A stretch of DNA of 64,000 nt from an uncultured Rivularia sp. (GTDB lineage Bacteria > Cyanobacteriota > Cyanobacteriia > Cyanobacteriales > Nostocaceae), in contig OY762007.1 of NCBI GenBank assembly GCA_963665115.1, positions 7,168,001-7,232,000 of the forward strand, given 5' to 3'. The notes under the pieces are model-generated. The model was not told where the DNA came from, ran no database searches, and saw only the letters and a list, made by a program, of their open reading frames with translations. The position numbers and the translations under genes are program-made. This document shows, one piece after another, positions 52,418 to 63,343 of the stretch; position 1 is the first letter of the stretch, and each line of letters starts with the position of its first letter.

Positions 52418-53491
52418 TTATGTCATCGCTGCTTGATGCCAAAGGTTTGTCAGTAAATGCTTGTGTTCTTGAATATCTGATTTTTTCGCTTGTAAAAACC
52501 CAGCTTCTCGTATTTCTTTAGAAACTGGTTTATTAATGATATCAACTACTTCTTCTATTGAATCGTAAATAAACCCGGCTTCACCGACATATTCTTTAAT
52601 GTCTGGTCTAATATTTGGCACGCATACACCTACACCTGCCGCTTGTGCTTCGGCTACAGCCATTGGCCAGCCAACTGTTGCCAGATTAAAATCTGCCGTA
52701 TAAACTAACCACTGATGTTTTTTATACTGCGGACTCATTTCGTTTGGTTCTATTGGTAAATTGATATTTACAGGATTACCTTTTGACTCGTTAACTAGCT
52801 TCAAATTATCGACTCTATAACCAAGTGCATAAAGATTGAATTGCTTCTCGGGGATTAAAGTTGCAAGTTCGATGTAGTCTTCCATTTTTTTCTTGGGAAT
52901 AACTGCACCAGTATTCATAACTGCGTCACCGTTGGGAGAGTTGGAGTGGAAGAGTCCATAATTAATTGTCGGAAAGCAATCAATAATTTTCTCCGAGCGA
53001 ACACCATATGCTTCTAAATATTGTCGTGCAAAAGGGAAAGCTAAAACTCCCAAACAAAGTTCGTGATTTATTCTATGTAAGTTAGCTTTGATATGAGCAA
53101 CTTTCTTAAACTGCGGTGTATTTCTTTCCCATATTTCTCGCATACGTCCCTGCCAATTTTTACGACGCAAACAAAGCGTGTCGTAAGAGTGCGATCGCAC
53201 TGTAAAAGGAATCCCTAATTCTTCAGCAAGCGGTGCAATAAAATCTAGTTGATTTAAATAATGCGTGTGAAGAATATCGGGTTTTACTTGCGCGGCTAGT
53301 TCCTTAATCGCGTCTTTTTCAGTTAAGTAATGGTAGGGAAAGTGATTTTTGTAAGGAATATCTGAAGGTTTGCGAGAAACAATAGTAATGTCGTAATCCT
53401 TATAAAGTGCCTCAAGTTCAGTTTTAAGATAGGTTTGAGAAATTTGAGGATAACCTCGGATAACGTACATTACAGATAGTTTTTTTTTCAT
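52418..53491 (-). CDS. GT4-like (GT-B) glycosyltransferase
   Basis: YPQISQTY, LHTHY, IPKKK and GWPMAVAEAQAAG motifs. Confidence 0.75.
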   Translation of the reverse strand: MKKKLSVMYVIRGYPQISQTYLKTELEALYKDYDITIVSRKPSDIPYKNHFPYHYLTEKDAIKELAAQVKPDILHTHYLNQLDFIAPLAEELGIPFTVRSHSYDTLCLRRKNWQGRMREIWERNTPQFKKVAHIKANLHRINHELCLGVLAFPFARQYLEAYGVRSEKIIDCFPTINYGLFHSNSPNGDAVMNTGAVIPKKKMEDYIELATLIPEKQFNLYALGYRVDNLKLVNESKGNPVNINLPIEPNEMSPQYKKHQWLVYTADFNLATVGWPMAVAEAQAAGVGVCVPNIRPDIKEYVGEAGFIYDSIEEVVDIINKPVSKEIREAGFLQAKKSDIQEHKHLLTNLWHQAAMT

Positions 53492-53529
53492 CGATCTAAT
53501 TAAATAATGGCTTATGTTGGATAATAAAT

Positions 53530-54441
53530 CTAATTACTGTTGAAAGCTTCTCGAAACACTTGCTTGGTGTAGTTTCGCAGCGTATATGACAATACCGATT
53601 TGATTCGCCCGAGAGTAGGTTTTAAATCAAGTTTCATCGCCCGCAATAAACTTAAAATAGCAGCTTTTGGTTGACCTAATTCTAACGATCTTTCTGCATG
53701 GTCGCATAAGAACTTGGCAAAGGTTTGAGGATGCAGTCTAAACAGTGATTCGTGCTTATTTACCAACCGCTCAAAATTTACTTGACGCAGGGCTGGATTG
53801 CGAGAAATTCTCTCTCCCTCATGAGCCGTAAGCTGATAAGTAACCGTCGGTAAACCCAAAATAGAACAGATTGGATTGAGCCTTAAAAACATCTCGGTAT
53901 GAACCCGAGAGGTAAAGGCTTCGTCGTAACCGCCAATTTCCAGCAGCAGCTCTCTTTCTACAACTAATGTCTGTTTAGATAAATAAGACTTATCGGGTTC
54001 GATATCTTCGAGAAAGAAATGAGAACCAAGCGGTAATGTTGGAGGTAAGCGCCTGTCAACTACTTCACCGTCAGGTTTAATCACTTCTAAACCGGAAAGC
54101 GCTGCCACTGGTTTGGGCAATGTAGTATTTTTCAAAGCATCTAAAGATACTTGCGCCATCGACGGCAATAATTGGTCATCGTCGTCAAGATAGGTGACAT
54201 ATTGACCTTTTGCAGCTTTTAAACCGACATTACGAGCTACTGCATTACCGCTATTTTTCGCAAGTCTAATTACACTCAATCGGGAATGTTCTGGTAGACT
54301 TACTGGCTTGTCGGAGCCGTCGTCAACTACAATTACCTCTACTTCTTCTACAGTTTGCTGCAAAGCACTGTTAACAGCACGCGGCAAGAAATGAGGTCTA
54401 TTGTAAGTAGGAATGATGATGCTAAGTAAAGTGTTGTTCAT
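53530..54441 (-). CDS. GT2 glycosyltransferase
   Basis: IIIPTYNR, VDDGS, ARNVG, YLDDDD and IGGYDE motifs. Confidence 0.9.
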   Translation of the reverse strand: MNNTLLSIIIPTYNRPHFLPRAVNSALQQTVEEVEVIVVDDGSDKPVSLPEHSRLSVIRLAKNSGNAVARNVGLKAAKGQYVTYLDDDDQLLPSMAQVSLDALKNTTLPKPVAALSGLEVIKPDGEVVDRRLPPTLPLGSHFFLEDIEPDKSYLSKQTLVVERELLLEIGGYDEAFTSRVHTEMFLRLNPICSILGLPTVTYQLTAHEGERISRNPALRQVNFERLVNKHESLFRLHPQTFAKFLCDHAERSLELGQPKAAILSLLRAMKLDLKPTLGRIKSVLSYTLRNYTKQVFREAFNSN

Positions 54442-54539
54442 TTTGACACACCCAAATGCTATATTTTTGGTTGATTAACAAATGGAACCATTCTTAAACT
54501 GGAAAAAATTGTATTTGAATAAGTAATTCCATCAATGCC

Positions 54540-55829
54540 TTAGAGGATGTTTTCTTTACTCACAACTTGCCATTCTCTAGGTTGATAAAACTGACATCTA
54601 CTAACAGTTTTATTAGCTTTAACTGTGAATCGAAAAGATTCAACGATGTCGTAGGATAATACACCATTGCGAATATAAACTCTGGCACTATATACGCCAG
54701 GAACCATCGAGCAATAAGGCATATGCATACGTATTTCCGATTTGCCGATGGGAATTTCTAAATCTCGATTATCGCTATTAGAAGTCAGATATAAAACAAG
54801 ACCTTCTCCTCCCGATAATGCCGTAATTAGCATACCCAAATTGGCAGTCTTAATATGCTCGTAAGACTTACATTCTACACTTAAATATGCCGGTTCGCCA
54901 GTAAATAAAGTTTCTAAGTTATTATCTTGCTCATCTTTAAAGCATAGAGAAACTATGTCTAAACCGTTGCTTTTTTCTTTGGGCTTAGGCGGCATAACCA
55001 TTCTTCCCAAAGCATTTTCCTTACCGCTCAAACACAAGTCTTCTTCATATGTACGAATTACTTGTTCGGTATCTCCAGAAGCAAGCAACTGACCTTTTTT
55101 CAAAAATATAGAGCTTTCACATATGTTTAATATGCTGTGAGAGTTATGGGTAACTAAAATAAATGCCGTGCCTTTTTTACGCAACTCAGATAGCTTGCGA
55201 TGGCATTTCATTTTAAATTTGACATCACCTACTGCCAACACTTCATCTATTAATAAAATATCGGGTTCGATATGAACGGCGCAAGCAAATCCCAATCGTG
55301 CAGCCATTCCCGAACTATAAGTTTGAACTGGTGCATCAATTGCGTCGGCGATTTCGGCAAATGCTACAACTTCATCAAATCTCTTTTCAATTTCAGCGGT
55401 TGGTAAACCGAGAATTGACATATTAGCGTAGATATTTTCTCGTCCCGATAAAATCGGATTAAAACCTGCTCCCAAAGCAATCAAAGGAGCGACTCTACCT
55501 TTAACTTTTACGGTTCCAGTATCGGGTTTAATTAAACCACTAATAATTCGTAATATGGTACTTTTTCCGGCTCCATTAGAACCTACTAAACCGAGCGCTT
55601 CACCTCGATGTAATTTAAAGCTGACATCATTAATAGCCCAAAACTCATTTTTACGTAGAGCATCGCTTTTTCTTTTACCACCAGTAACTTCAGTAGCGAT
55701 ATCTTGTACGCCGTAAAATAAAGAGCGTTTTAAATCCCTACAGAACTTTTTAGAAACATTTTCAACGGAAATAACTGCTTGACGTTCTTCGGGCTGCGTA
55801 TCAATTTCTTTTGTTATTAAACTAGTCAT
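54540..55829 (-). CDS. wzt: Polysaccharide ABC transporter ATP-binding protein with C-terminal domain
   Basis: GSNGAGKST, YSSGM.ARL.F and IDEVLAVGD motifs; Wzt_C-like extension. Confidence 0.9.
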   Translation of the reverse strand: MTSLITKEIDTQPEERQAVISVENVSKKFCRDLKRSLFYGVQDIATEVTGGKRKSDALRKNEFWAINDVSFKLHRGEALGLVGSNGAGKSTILRIISGLIKPDTGTVKVKGRVAPLIALGAGFNPILSGRENIYANMSILGLPTAEIEKRFDEVVAFAEIADAIDAPVQTYSSGMAARLGFACAVHIEPDILLIDEVLAVGDVKFKMKCHRKLSELRKKGTAFILVTHNSHSILNICESSIFLKKGQLLASGDTEQVIRTYEEDLCLSGKENALGRMVMPPKPKEKSNGLDIVSLCFKDEQDNNLETLFTGEPAYLSVECKSYEHIKTANLGMLITALSGGEGLVLYLTSNSDNRDLEIPIGKSEIRMHMPYCSMVPGVYSARVYIRNGVLSYDIVESFRFTVKANKTVSRCQFYQPREWQVVSKENIL

Positions 55830-55832
55830 AAT

Positions 55833-56717
55833 TTAGGAACTTACTCTCTCAACCACAAAAGGCATTGCCAAACGAAAACCAACCCAAGTTACAAATAATC
55901 CAATTATAGTAATAATACTGACTATCCAAAACCCTACGGGTTCCGATATAATTCCCGTGGTGGCGAGTTCTCGCGTCGTTACGAGCAAGGGAGTAACGGG
56001 ATTTAGTTTGACTATATTGCCGAAAATTCCTTCTGTAGGAACTGGATAAACTACAGGAGTTAGAAACAGCCAAAAACTCGTGATTAAGGTTAAACCCTTT
56101 GATACATCTTGATATAACACTCCTAAAGGTGATAGTAAAACACCGATAAAGGTACCCAAGAAAATTAAATGAATTAAAGCTACAGGTGCTAAAACCACCG
56201 TCCAACTTACGGGAACGCGGAACCAGATAAATAAGCCGATAATTAGAATTAACTTGATAGCAAAATTAAAAAAAACTTCGCCTAGTTTGGCTAGAATTAA
56301 CGCTTCTCTAGGAAAGTTGACTCTTGATAGCATCGGTTTTGCTACCGTTACAGCTTTTACCGGGCCGTTGATTGCTTCTACAAAGGTTTGCCACAAAGCA
56401 GTGCTAAACATTACATAGGCAGGATAAGGTAAATCCGTTTGTCCAATATTGATCACCTTGGCTTGACTGGCGAGAGTGAACCCCGCAGCCATGACTATTG
56501 GCGGTATAAAAGCCCAAATTACACCTAAGAATGACTGACGATATTGAGCGCTGATATCCCTTACCAACAGTCTCCAAGCAAGTTCGCGAGAACTTAACAA
56601 ATCCAGCCACATTTGTTGAAATAATCTGACAGGATGTCTCAGTAAACTTTCTGGGGTATAAATAGCTTCCTGGGGCTGATAATTCCTAAATTTATTTTTT
56701 TTCAATTTCCTTTTCAA
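55833..56717 (-). CDS. wzm: Polysaccharide ABC transporter permease
   Basis: RDISAQYRQSFLG.W, FLTPVVYP and LNP motifs. Confidence 0.9.
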   Translation of the reverse strand: MKRKLKKNKFRNYQPQEAIYTPESLLRHPVRLFQQMWLDLLSSRELAWRLLVRDISAQYRQSFLGVIWAFIPPIVMAAGFTLASQAKVINIGQTDLPYPAYVMFSTALWQTFVEAINGPVKAVTVAKPMLSRVNFPREALILAKLGEVFFNFAIKLILIIGLFIWFRVPVSWTVVLAPVALIHLIFLGTFIGVLLSPLGVLYQDVSKGLTLITSFWLFLTPVVYPVPTEGIFGNIVKLNPVTPLLVTTRELATTGIISEPVGFWIVSIITIIGLFVTWVGFRLAMPFVVERVSS

Positions 56718-56796
56718 TCTTTTTCACCCTTGGTTTTAAAGTTTTTCGGAAACCCATGCGTTATCCACTAGATGTAGAGACTTATAATCTTGTGGG

Positions 56797-56860
56797 AACC
56801 TCACCCCCCTTCCCCTCTCCTTATTAAGGAGAGGGGTGTCCGAAGGACGGGGTGAGGTTT
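56797..56860. repeat. GC-rich branched hairpin dispersed repeat
   Basis: AACCTCACCCC...CCCCTCTCCTT ATT AAGGAGAGGGG...GGGGTGAGGTT. Confidence 0.7.
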
Positions 56861-56866
56861 TAGGTT

Positions 56867-57925
56867 TTAACCTTGCGATGCTGTAACCGCAGATGGTGGT
56901 TGAGTAGGAGGATTTTGATTGGAATTATTTTGTAGGTGTTTGCGAGCGTAGCTGCTGGTAATGTAGTGATTGAGCAATCTATCTGCTTTACCAACTAATT
57001 TACCGACTACTTTAGATAAGAAACTATTCCCGAAGCTCAGTTTCTGGCAAATGGGGTCGATAATGGTCATCTTTCTGCGCCATCCCAACCGCTTATATTT
57101 ATTTTGGAAATACTTGTCTTCGCTCAGATTCCACTTTTCGCGCAATCTTTTCAAACTAGCCATTTCCCAACCGTCGCTCCAACGCAACATATAATACCCA
57201 ACATCCGACCATTCTAAAGGTGGCCCGGGTACATAGGTTACTAAGGAATCGGGTTCTAAATAAATAGTACCGCCAGCTTCGGCTACCAAGATGCACAAAT
57301 CTACGTGTTCTTTGGTATTCAGTAAACCTTCATCGAGCAAACCGATTTTATCGAAAATTTCTGTGCGTACCACCATACAGTGAAATTCCGCCAATCCGGT
57401 TTCTTGACGCTGCAATTTAGGACGCACATCTGCAACTTTTCGTCCTTGCTTGAAAATCTTTTCAATAAACCGTCTTCTCGTGGTGTTATCTTTGGTTTCT
57501 ACTTTGATTCCCGATGCACCACCCGCACAATGCACTTCTTCATGTAGCGGCAAGTATTGACATACAAGAGGACTGACTACGGTTGCATTGGTTTCTTCGG
57601 CGCAATCCACAGCAGTTTTCAACCAGCCGGGTGTTACCACCACGTCGTTATCGATAAACACTACATACTTAGTATCAACTTTTCGCAAACCAAGATTTCT
57701 GGCGTGGTTGGGAGAAAGATAATGTTCGGTACGAATTACTTGAAATTGCTTTTCGGCTGCTTGAGTTTCTAAGTAATTCTTAATATGAGCAGGCGAACCA
57801 CCATCAACATAAATTAACTTGAATGGTAACTGCGTATGCTCGTAAATACTTTCTAAAGATTCGCGAGTATAGCTAAAACGTTCTCGTGGTGCAACTACGA
57901 TTGTTACTTCTGGTTTGGAGTTCAT
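56867..57925 (-). CDS. GT2 glycosyltransferase
   Basis: YVDGGS, ARNLG, FIDNDV and EHVDLC motifs. Confidence 0.87.
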   Translation of the reverse strand: MNSKPEVTIVVAPRERFSYTRESLESIYEHTQLPFKLIYVDGGSPAHIKNYLETQAAEKQFQVIRTEHYLSPNHARNLGLRKVDTKYVVFIDNDVVVTPGWLKTAVDCAEETNATVVSPLVCQYLPLHEEVHCAGGASGIKVETKDNTTRRRFIEKIFKQGRKVADVRPKLQRQETGLAEFHCMVVRTEIFDKIGLLDEGLLNTKEHVDLCILVAEAGGTIYLEPDSLVTYVPGPPLEWSDVGYYMLRWSDGWEMASLKRLREKWNLSEDKYFQNKYKRLGWRRKMTIIDPICQKLSFGNSFLSKVVGKLVGKADRLLNHYITSSYARKHLQNNSNQNPPTQPPSAVTASQG

Positions 57926-58043
57926 ATTTTAATCCTCTACTTTTGCATTTAAATGTATTTGGGACTTACAGAAAAATTGGGGTGTAGCATTCAAATTTGT
58001 ATAAATACCTGCCGAATATAATTCACTGCTACACAAACTAATT

Positions 58044-59378
58044 TCAGCCTGCGGAGGCAGGCTTTGTTTTTGTAGCCCCAGACTTATAGTCTGAGGGTGT
58101 CTGAATTTTCTTTGATTTATGTAAATCATTACCCGATACCTGTTGATACATTTCCACTAGCTCGGAGTTAAGTTTGTTGGTATCATACTTATTTTCTACT
58201 TTTTGGCGACCTGATAAACCCATTTGTTGCCAAATTTCAGGATGCTCTATTAAATAAATTATTTTCTGAGCAATAGCTTTTTGATCTCGTTCGGGAACCA
58301 AAGATCCTGAAATACCATCTTCAACCAATTCGGGAATGCCACCGTGGTTCGTACCGATAACTGGTAAACCCATAGCCATAGCCTCTTTCAAGGTATTAAC
58401 AGGAGCATCTTGATTGCCGTCGCTTGCAGTGACGCTTGGCGCTACAAAGATATGAGCTTCATCAAGAATAGATATAATTTCTTTTTGGTTTCTCCATCCC
58501 TTTAAATGAACTTTATCGGCAATGTTCAATTCTTGAACGATCTGAACAAAACGTTCTTTTAATTCCCCATCACCGATAATATTGAATTCAACCTTGGGAT
58601 AAACTTTTGCGACTTCAGCAATTGCCCGAATAGCATATTCTATGCCTTTTTTTTCTATTAAACGTCCTGTGGTAGCTATACGAATTAAGCCAGAAGCATC
58701 CGGATATCTGGCTTTAAATGTAAACCGACTGCAATCTATTCCCGAACCGTGAACGACAATTTTATTTTCATCGCATCCGAGTTGAATTACTCGCTGTCTG
58801 AAAAATTCGCAATTAGTATAGAAAAAGTCTCCTTTTTCAAACAGTCCGTCGTAGACATTTTCGCCATACTGATGTAAATACCAACTGATATCGTATCCGC
58901 GAAAAGTCGTTATAATCGCTCCTTTAACTGCACCAATCTCGCGCAGTACTATGCCTTCATAACTGTAAAGACCGAATTTACAAATTGCTTGTCTGCCAAA
59001 TTGACAGTGAATAATATCGTATTTTGGTAAGTCCAAAAAAGGTAAAGTTGAATAAAACAGTCTAAAAGAAGCTGCTCGTTTTCCGTACTTAAAAATATTT
59101 AGAGAACGCAGCAAAACCAATGGAGCCTGAGAAAAGTTTTTTGCAAACAAACGAAGGGCATCAAAGAAACGCCATAAGTAGTTTCGAGGAATTTCAGGCA
59201 AGTAGCGCGTGCATTCAACTAATTTATATTTTTCTACATCTGGATGGGGCTTATTACCGTCAGCCTGCCTTGCATAAATATGTACTTCATGTCCGCGATC
59301 GATCAAACCTGTAATTTGATTAATTACGAATGTTTCCGATAAAATTGGGAATACGTCTACTATAAAAGCAATTTTCAT
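58044..59378 (-). CDS. GT4 glycosyltransferase, WcaL-like
   Basis: FPILSETFVINQI, TFRGYD, RLIEKKG, EAMAMGLPV and HGGIPELV motifs. Confidence 0.88.
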   Translation of the reverse strand: MKIAFIVDVFPILSETFVINQITGLIDRGHEVHIYARQADGNKPHPDVEKYKLVECTRYLPEIPRNYLWRFFDALRLFAKNFSQAPLVLLRSLNIFKYGKRAASFRLFYSTLPFLDLPKYDIIHCQFGRQAICKFGLYSYEGIVLREIGAVKGAIITTFRGYDISWYLHQYGENVYDGLFEKGDFFYTNCEFFRQRVIQLGCDENKIVVHGSGIDCSRFTFKARYPDASGLIRIATTGRLIEKKGIEYAIRAIAEVAKVYPKVEFNIIGDGELKERFVQIVQELNIADKVHLKGWRNQKEIISILDEAHIFVAPSVTASDGNQDAPVNTLKEAMAMGLPVIGTNHGGIPELVEDGISGSLVPERDQKAIAQKIIYLIEHPEIWQQMGLSGRQKVENKYDTNKLNSELVEMYQQVSGNDLHKSKKIQTPSDYKSGATKTKPASAG

Positions 59379-59868
59379 AAATGTAAAAAGAGGTGTAAAA
59401 CTATGTTTTTTAGATATGCATCAAAGTAACAATAATTGCTTGCAAGAGGTTCGCTTTTTACAATAATCTTTTTTGTTTTCGACCGCACATTTTTCCGGAT
59501 AACTTCACTGTTTCTTTATTTGCTATCCTCAAAAGTCAATTTTGTTTAAAGCAGATTTTAATTTACTACAAGTGGAAATACAGTCAAAAAAAGCTTAAAA
59601 CCCGTCAAGACATGATATTACCAACATCAAGCTCAAATAATATTTGAAAAAAAAATATTCATCTGTATATTGACCTACATCTTTGTGTAATTATACGTCC
59701 TTTAAATTTTGGGTCAAGTTTATCTGTAAAAAATAATACTAAGATAGATTCAGAGTGTTTTTGAATATAAATAATTGAAATCAAATTAATCTATTTTCCG
59801 CATAATTTTCATAGAAAGTAAGAAAATTAAATATAGAAAGCTTTGATAATTTAGCGGAAGCGATAATT

Positions 59869-61410
59869 ATGTCTTTAACACAAGAGATTCTCTCGCAATT
59901 GCCCGGTGATGTTTTAGGGGGATTACGTCGTGCAGATAGTATATTAGCATCTTTAAAATCGGGAGAAGCACCCGTACCGATGGTAGTGAAAGAGAACCAA
60001 CAACTTCTAAGTAATATAGATTGGGATGTAATTATTTCTGGTGGAACATTAGGTATTTTAATTGGTTGCGCTTTGGTTTCACGAGGTGTAAAAGTCGCGC
60101 TAATTGAAAGAGGAATTTTACAAGGTAGAGAACAGGAATGGAACATATCTCGTCATGAATTACAAGTACTTTTAGAGTTAGATTTGCTTACCTCTGAAGA
60201 ACTAGAAAAGGCGATCGCCACTGAATATAATCCAGCGAGAGTAAGTTTCGCTTCGGGTACTGAAGTTTGGGTAGAAAATGTGCTTAATATCGGCGTATAT
60301 CCGGTTTATTTACTGGAAACTTTGAAACAGCGATTTTTGCAGAGGGGAGGAAAGCTGTTTGAAAATACACCTTTTACCGAAGCAGTAGTTCATCCCGATG
60401 GGGTGATGGTAAATAATCAATTCAAAAGCAGATTGCTAATTGACGCAATGGGAAATTTTTCTCCCATCACTCAGCAAATACGTCAAGGAGTCAAACCAGA
60501 TGCATTGTGTATGGTAGTGGGAACTTGTGCGTCAGGCTTTCCGGAAAACCACAGTGGTGACTTGTTGTTATCTTTCACTGAAGTAGAAAACCAGTGTCAG
60601 TACTTCTGGGAAGCTTTTCCAGCAAAAGATGGTAGAACAACTTATATGTTTACCTATATAGATGCAGATCCACAGCGTATCGGTTTAGAAGCATTTTTTG
60701 AAGAATATCTGCGCTTGATGCCAGAATATCAAAACGTGGAATTGCAGCAGCTTGATTTTAAACGAGCGCTATTTGGCTTCTTTCCTTCTTACCGTCAAAG
60801 TCCTTTAAAAACGCCATTTTCTCGTATTTTACCAATAGGTGACAGCAGCGGAAATCAATCTCCTTTAAGTTTCGGTGGTTTCGGAGCCATGATACGAAAT
60901 CTTAAACGTTTAACTTTAGGAGTTGAAGAAGCTTTGCAAACCGATCGATTATCCGAAGCATCGCTATCATTATTGCAACCATATCAACCGAGTTTAACAG
61001 TTACTTGGTTATTTCAAAAGGCGATGAGTGTGGGTGTAAATCAAAAAATTCAGCCAAATCAAATTAATGAATTACTATCAGTTGTATTTGCTGAAATGGA
61101 AAAATTAGGTGAACCAGTACTCAAACCATTTTTACAAGACGTGGTGCAGTTTGGAGGTTTAACAAAAACGCTTTTCAAAACAAGTTTAGCTAATCCAGGT
61201 TTAATTATAAAAATTATTCCTCAAGTTGGCCTAATAACTTTAATCGATTGGATGTGGCATTACATTAATTTAGGTGTTTATTCTCTTTTATTCAATGTCA
61301 GTCTAATGTTAGAACCGTTAATAATAAATCTACCAGAAAACTATCAATATTATTGGCATCGTTGGGTTGATGCTTGGAAATTTGGTTCTGGAAATGACTA
61401 CGAGGAATAA
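59869..61410 (+). CDS. cruP: FAD-dependent oxidoreductase, CruP (lycopene cyclase paralog) family
   Basis: GGTLG, REQEWNISR, YFWEAFP, QSPLSFGGFG and WKFGSG.DY motifs; ~510 aa. Confidence 0.75.
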   Translation: MSLTQEILSQLPGDVLGGLRRADSILASLKSGEAPVPMVVKENQQLLSNIDWDVIISGGTLGILIGCALVSRGVKVALIERGILQGREQEWNISRHELQVLLELDLLTSEELEKAIATEYNPARVSFASGTEVWVENVLNIGVYPVYLLETLKQRFLQRGGKLFENTPFTEAVVHPDGVMVNNQFKSRLLIDAMGNFSPITQQIRQGVKPDALCMVVGTCASGFPENHSGDLLLSFTEVENQCQYFWEAFPAKDGRTTYMFTYIDADPQRIGLEAFFEEYLRLMPEYQNVELQQLDFKRALFGFFPSYRQSPLKTPFSRILPIGDSSGNQSPLSFGGFGAMIRNLKRLTLGVEEALQTDRLSEASLSLLQPYQPSLTVTWLFQKAMSVGVNQKIQPNQINELLSVVFAEMEKLGEPVLKPFLQDVVQFGGLTKTLFKTSLANPGLIIKIIPQVGLITLIDWMWHYINLGVYSLLFNVSLMLEPLIINLPENYQYYWHRWVDAWKFGSGNDYEE

Positions 61411-61540
61411 GTTAGGATTTGGGAGTTAGGATTTGGGAGTTATGGAAATTTAGATTTTAGATTTTAGATTTTGGATTGCAGATACAGCAATAAATTTAGT
61501 TTAGCAAATAACAACTATCAAATATCAACTATCAAATAAA

Positions 61541-62245
61541 ATGATTCAAAAGCAATCTACAGTCAATAAATACTTTTTTGTATTAACCACTTTGCTGCGA
61601 GAACGGCAAGTTTTTTTAGAAGAAATTCGTGAAAAGGTTAGATTACAAAGTAAAATTATTTCTTTGTTAGTTTGTAGCTCTTTGTTTCTTGCTGGGTATG
61701 GTGCAATTATTGGTGCTTACCATAGCTGGATGCAGGCTTTATCTTCTGCTGTCAAATTACCAGCGCTTTATTTAATTACATTATTGATTTGTCTGCCGAC
61801 TTTGTACTTTGCCAATATAATATTCGGCGATAAAAGGACTTTCCCTCAGTATTTTGCTTTGGTGTTGACTGCGGTTTCAGTAACAAGCGTACTGTTATTT
61901 AGCTTTGCGCCCATAACTTTGTTTTTTATGCTTAGTACTGGTAACTATCAGTTCTTGATTCTATTAAACGTAATTATTTTCGCAGCTACAGGATTTATCG
62001 GAATTTCCTCTTTATCTAAAGCTGCAAAAGTTGTTTTAGAGCAAGATGGAGAGAATAGTAACACGCGCCGTAAAATATTGCGCGGTTGGCTGTTTTTATA
62101 TGCTTTTGTTGGCAGTCAATTAGGATGGACTCTCAGACCATTTTTTGGTACACCAACATCACCTTTTACATTATTTAGAGAAAGGGAAGGAAATTTTTAC
62201 CTGAGTATTATTCAATCTTTAGCTCACCTTTTGGGATTTAGTTAG
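61541..62245 (+). CDS. Multi-pass membrane protein (Yip1-like; paralog 1)
   Basis: AVKLP...ICLPTLY, SFAPITLFF and FVGSQLGWTLRPFFG motifs. Confidence 0.75.
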   Translation: MIQKQSTVNKYFFVLTTLLRERQVFLEEIREKVRLQSKIISLLVCSSLFLAGYGAIIGAYHSWMQALSSAVKLPALYLITLLICLPTLYFANIIFGDKRTFPQYFALVLTAVSVTSVLLFSFAPITLFFMLSTGNYQFLILLNVIIFAATGFIGISSLSKAAKVVLEQDGENSNTRRKILRGWLFLYAFVGSQLGWTLRPFFGTPTSPFTLFREREGNFYLSIIQSLAHLLGFS

Positions 62246-62434
62246 TTGTTAGTTGTTAGCAGTGAGCAGTGAGGAATTAGGAATCGGTAATTCAAAACAA
62301 GCAAGGAGCAAATAGCGGACACTAAGAATGGTTACGTTTATATCTTGTCTCCCCATCTCCCCCTCTTGCGATTCCCAACATTCATAAAATCAATAATAAA
62401 TTCTGAAATAAATAACATAACAATAAATAAAACA

Positions 62435-63166
62435 ATGAACCAAGAAGATAACGCGCTGGAAAAAAAGACTGAGTTTCAAGGAAGCCAGCATTTTAATGTT
62501 TTACTCAGCTTATTACGCGATCGACAAGGGTTTTTAGAAGAAATTCGTCAGGAAATTAGATTGCAAAGTAAAGCTAATTCTCTACTAGTTTGTAGCTCTA
62601 TTTTCTTCGCAATTTATGGTGGAATTATTGGTGCTTCTCACGGTTGGATGCAGGCTTTAACCAGTACTATCAAACTTCCTGCATTCTACTTGCTGTCGAT
62701 CATGATTTGCTTTCCGACTTTATTCTTTTTCAATGTTTTATTTGGCTCTCGAAGTACTTTAAAGCAGCATTTTTTGGTGTTGCTTACCGCTGTATCTGTA
62801 ATTAGCGTGTTGCTTTTTAGCTTTGCCCCAGTGACGTTATTTTTTCTGATCACAACACCCGACTCTTACCAATTTTTCAAGATTCTTAACGTATTGATTT
62901 TTGGTATTACGGGTGCATTTGGGGTTAAATTTCTTTACGATGGAATGCAGCTACTTTCCCAAGAAAATGAAACTGGTAAGGGTACTCGCACTACTATTTT
63001 AAGGTCTTGGTTACTACTTTACGGCTTCGTCGGTATGCAGTTAGGATGGTTTTTAAGACCGTTTTTTGGTGCCCCCGGTACTAAGTTTGAATTGTTTCGC
63101 GAAGTACAGGGAAATTTTTATCTTGATATTGTTGCAGCGATTTCGGAAATTTTCGGATTTAGATAA
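62435..63166 (+). CDS. Multi-pass membrane protein (paralog 2); start probably MNQED at 62435
   Basis: Same motifs as paralog 1 (FVGMQLGWFLRPFFG); the longer TTG start lies in repeat DNA. Confidence 0.75.
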   Translation: MNQEDNALEKKTEFQGSQHFNVLLSLLRDRQGFLEEIRQEIRLQSKANSLLVCSSIFFAIYGGIIGASHGWMQALTSTIKLPAFYLLSIMICFPTLFFFNVLFGSRSTLKQHFLVLLTAVSVISVLLFSFAPVTLFFLITTPDSYQFFKILNVLIFGITGAFGVKFLYDGMQLLSQENETGKGTRTTILRSWLLLYGFVGMQLGWFLRPFFGAPGTKFELFREVQGNFYLDIVAAISEIFGFR

Positions 63167-63343
63167 ATTAGTTAGGAGTTGGGAGTTAGGAGTTAAAGCA
63201 TCTTTTTCCCTATAAGTTAATCAAATAGCTGATTATAAAAGGTTTGTAGTAAAGACTTTAGTCCTTTATTCAAGGGCTTAAGCCCTTACTACGAACCTAT
63301 TTAAAACAATATTTCTAACTTTTAATTATCAACTCCTAACTCC

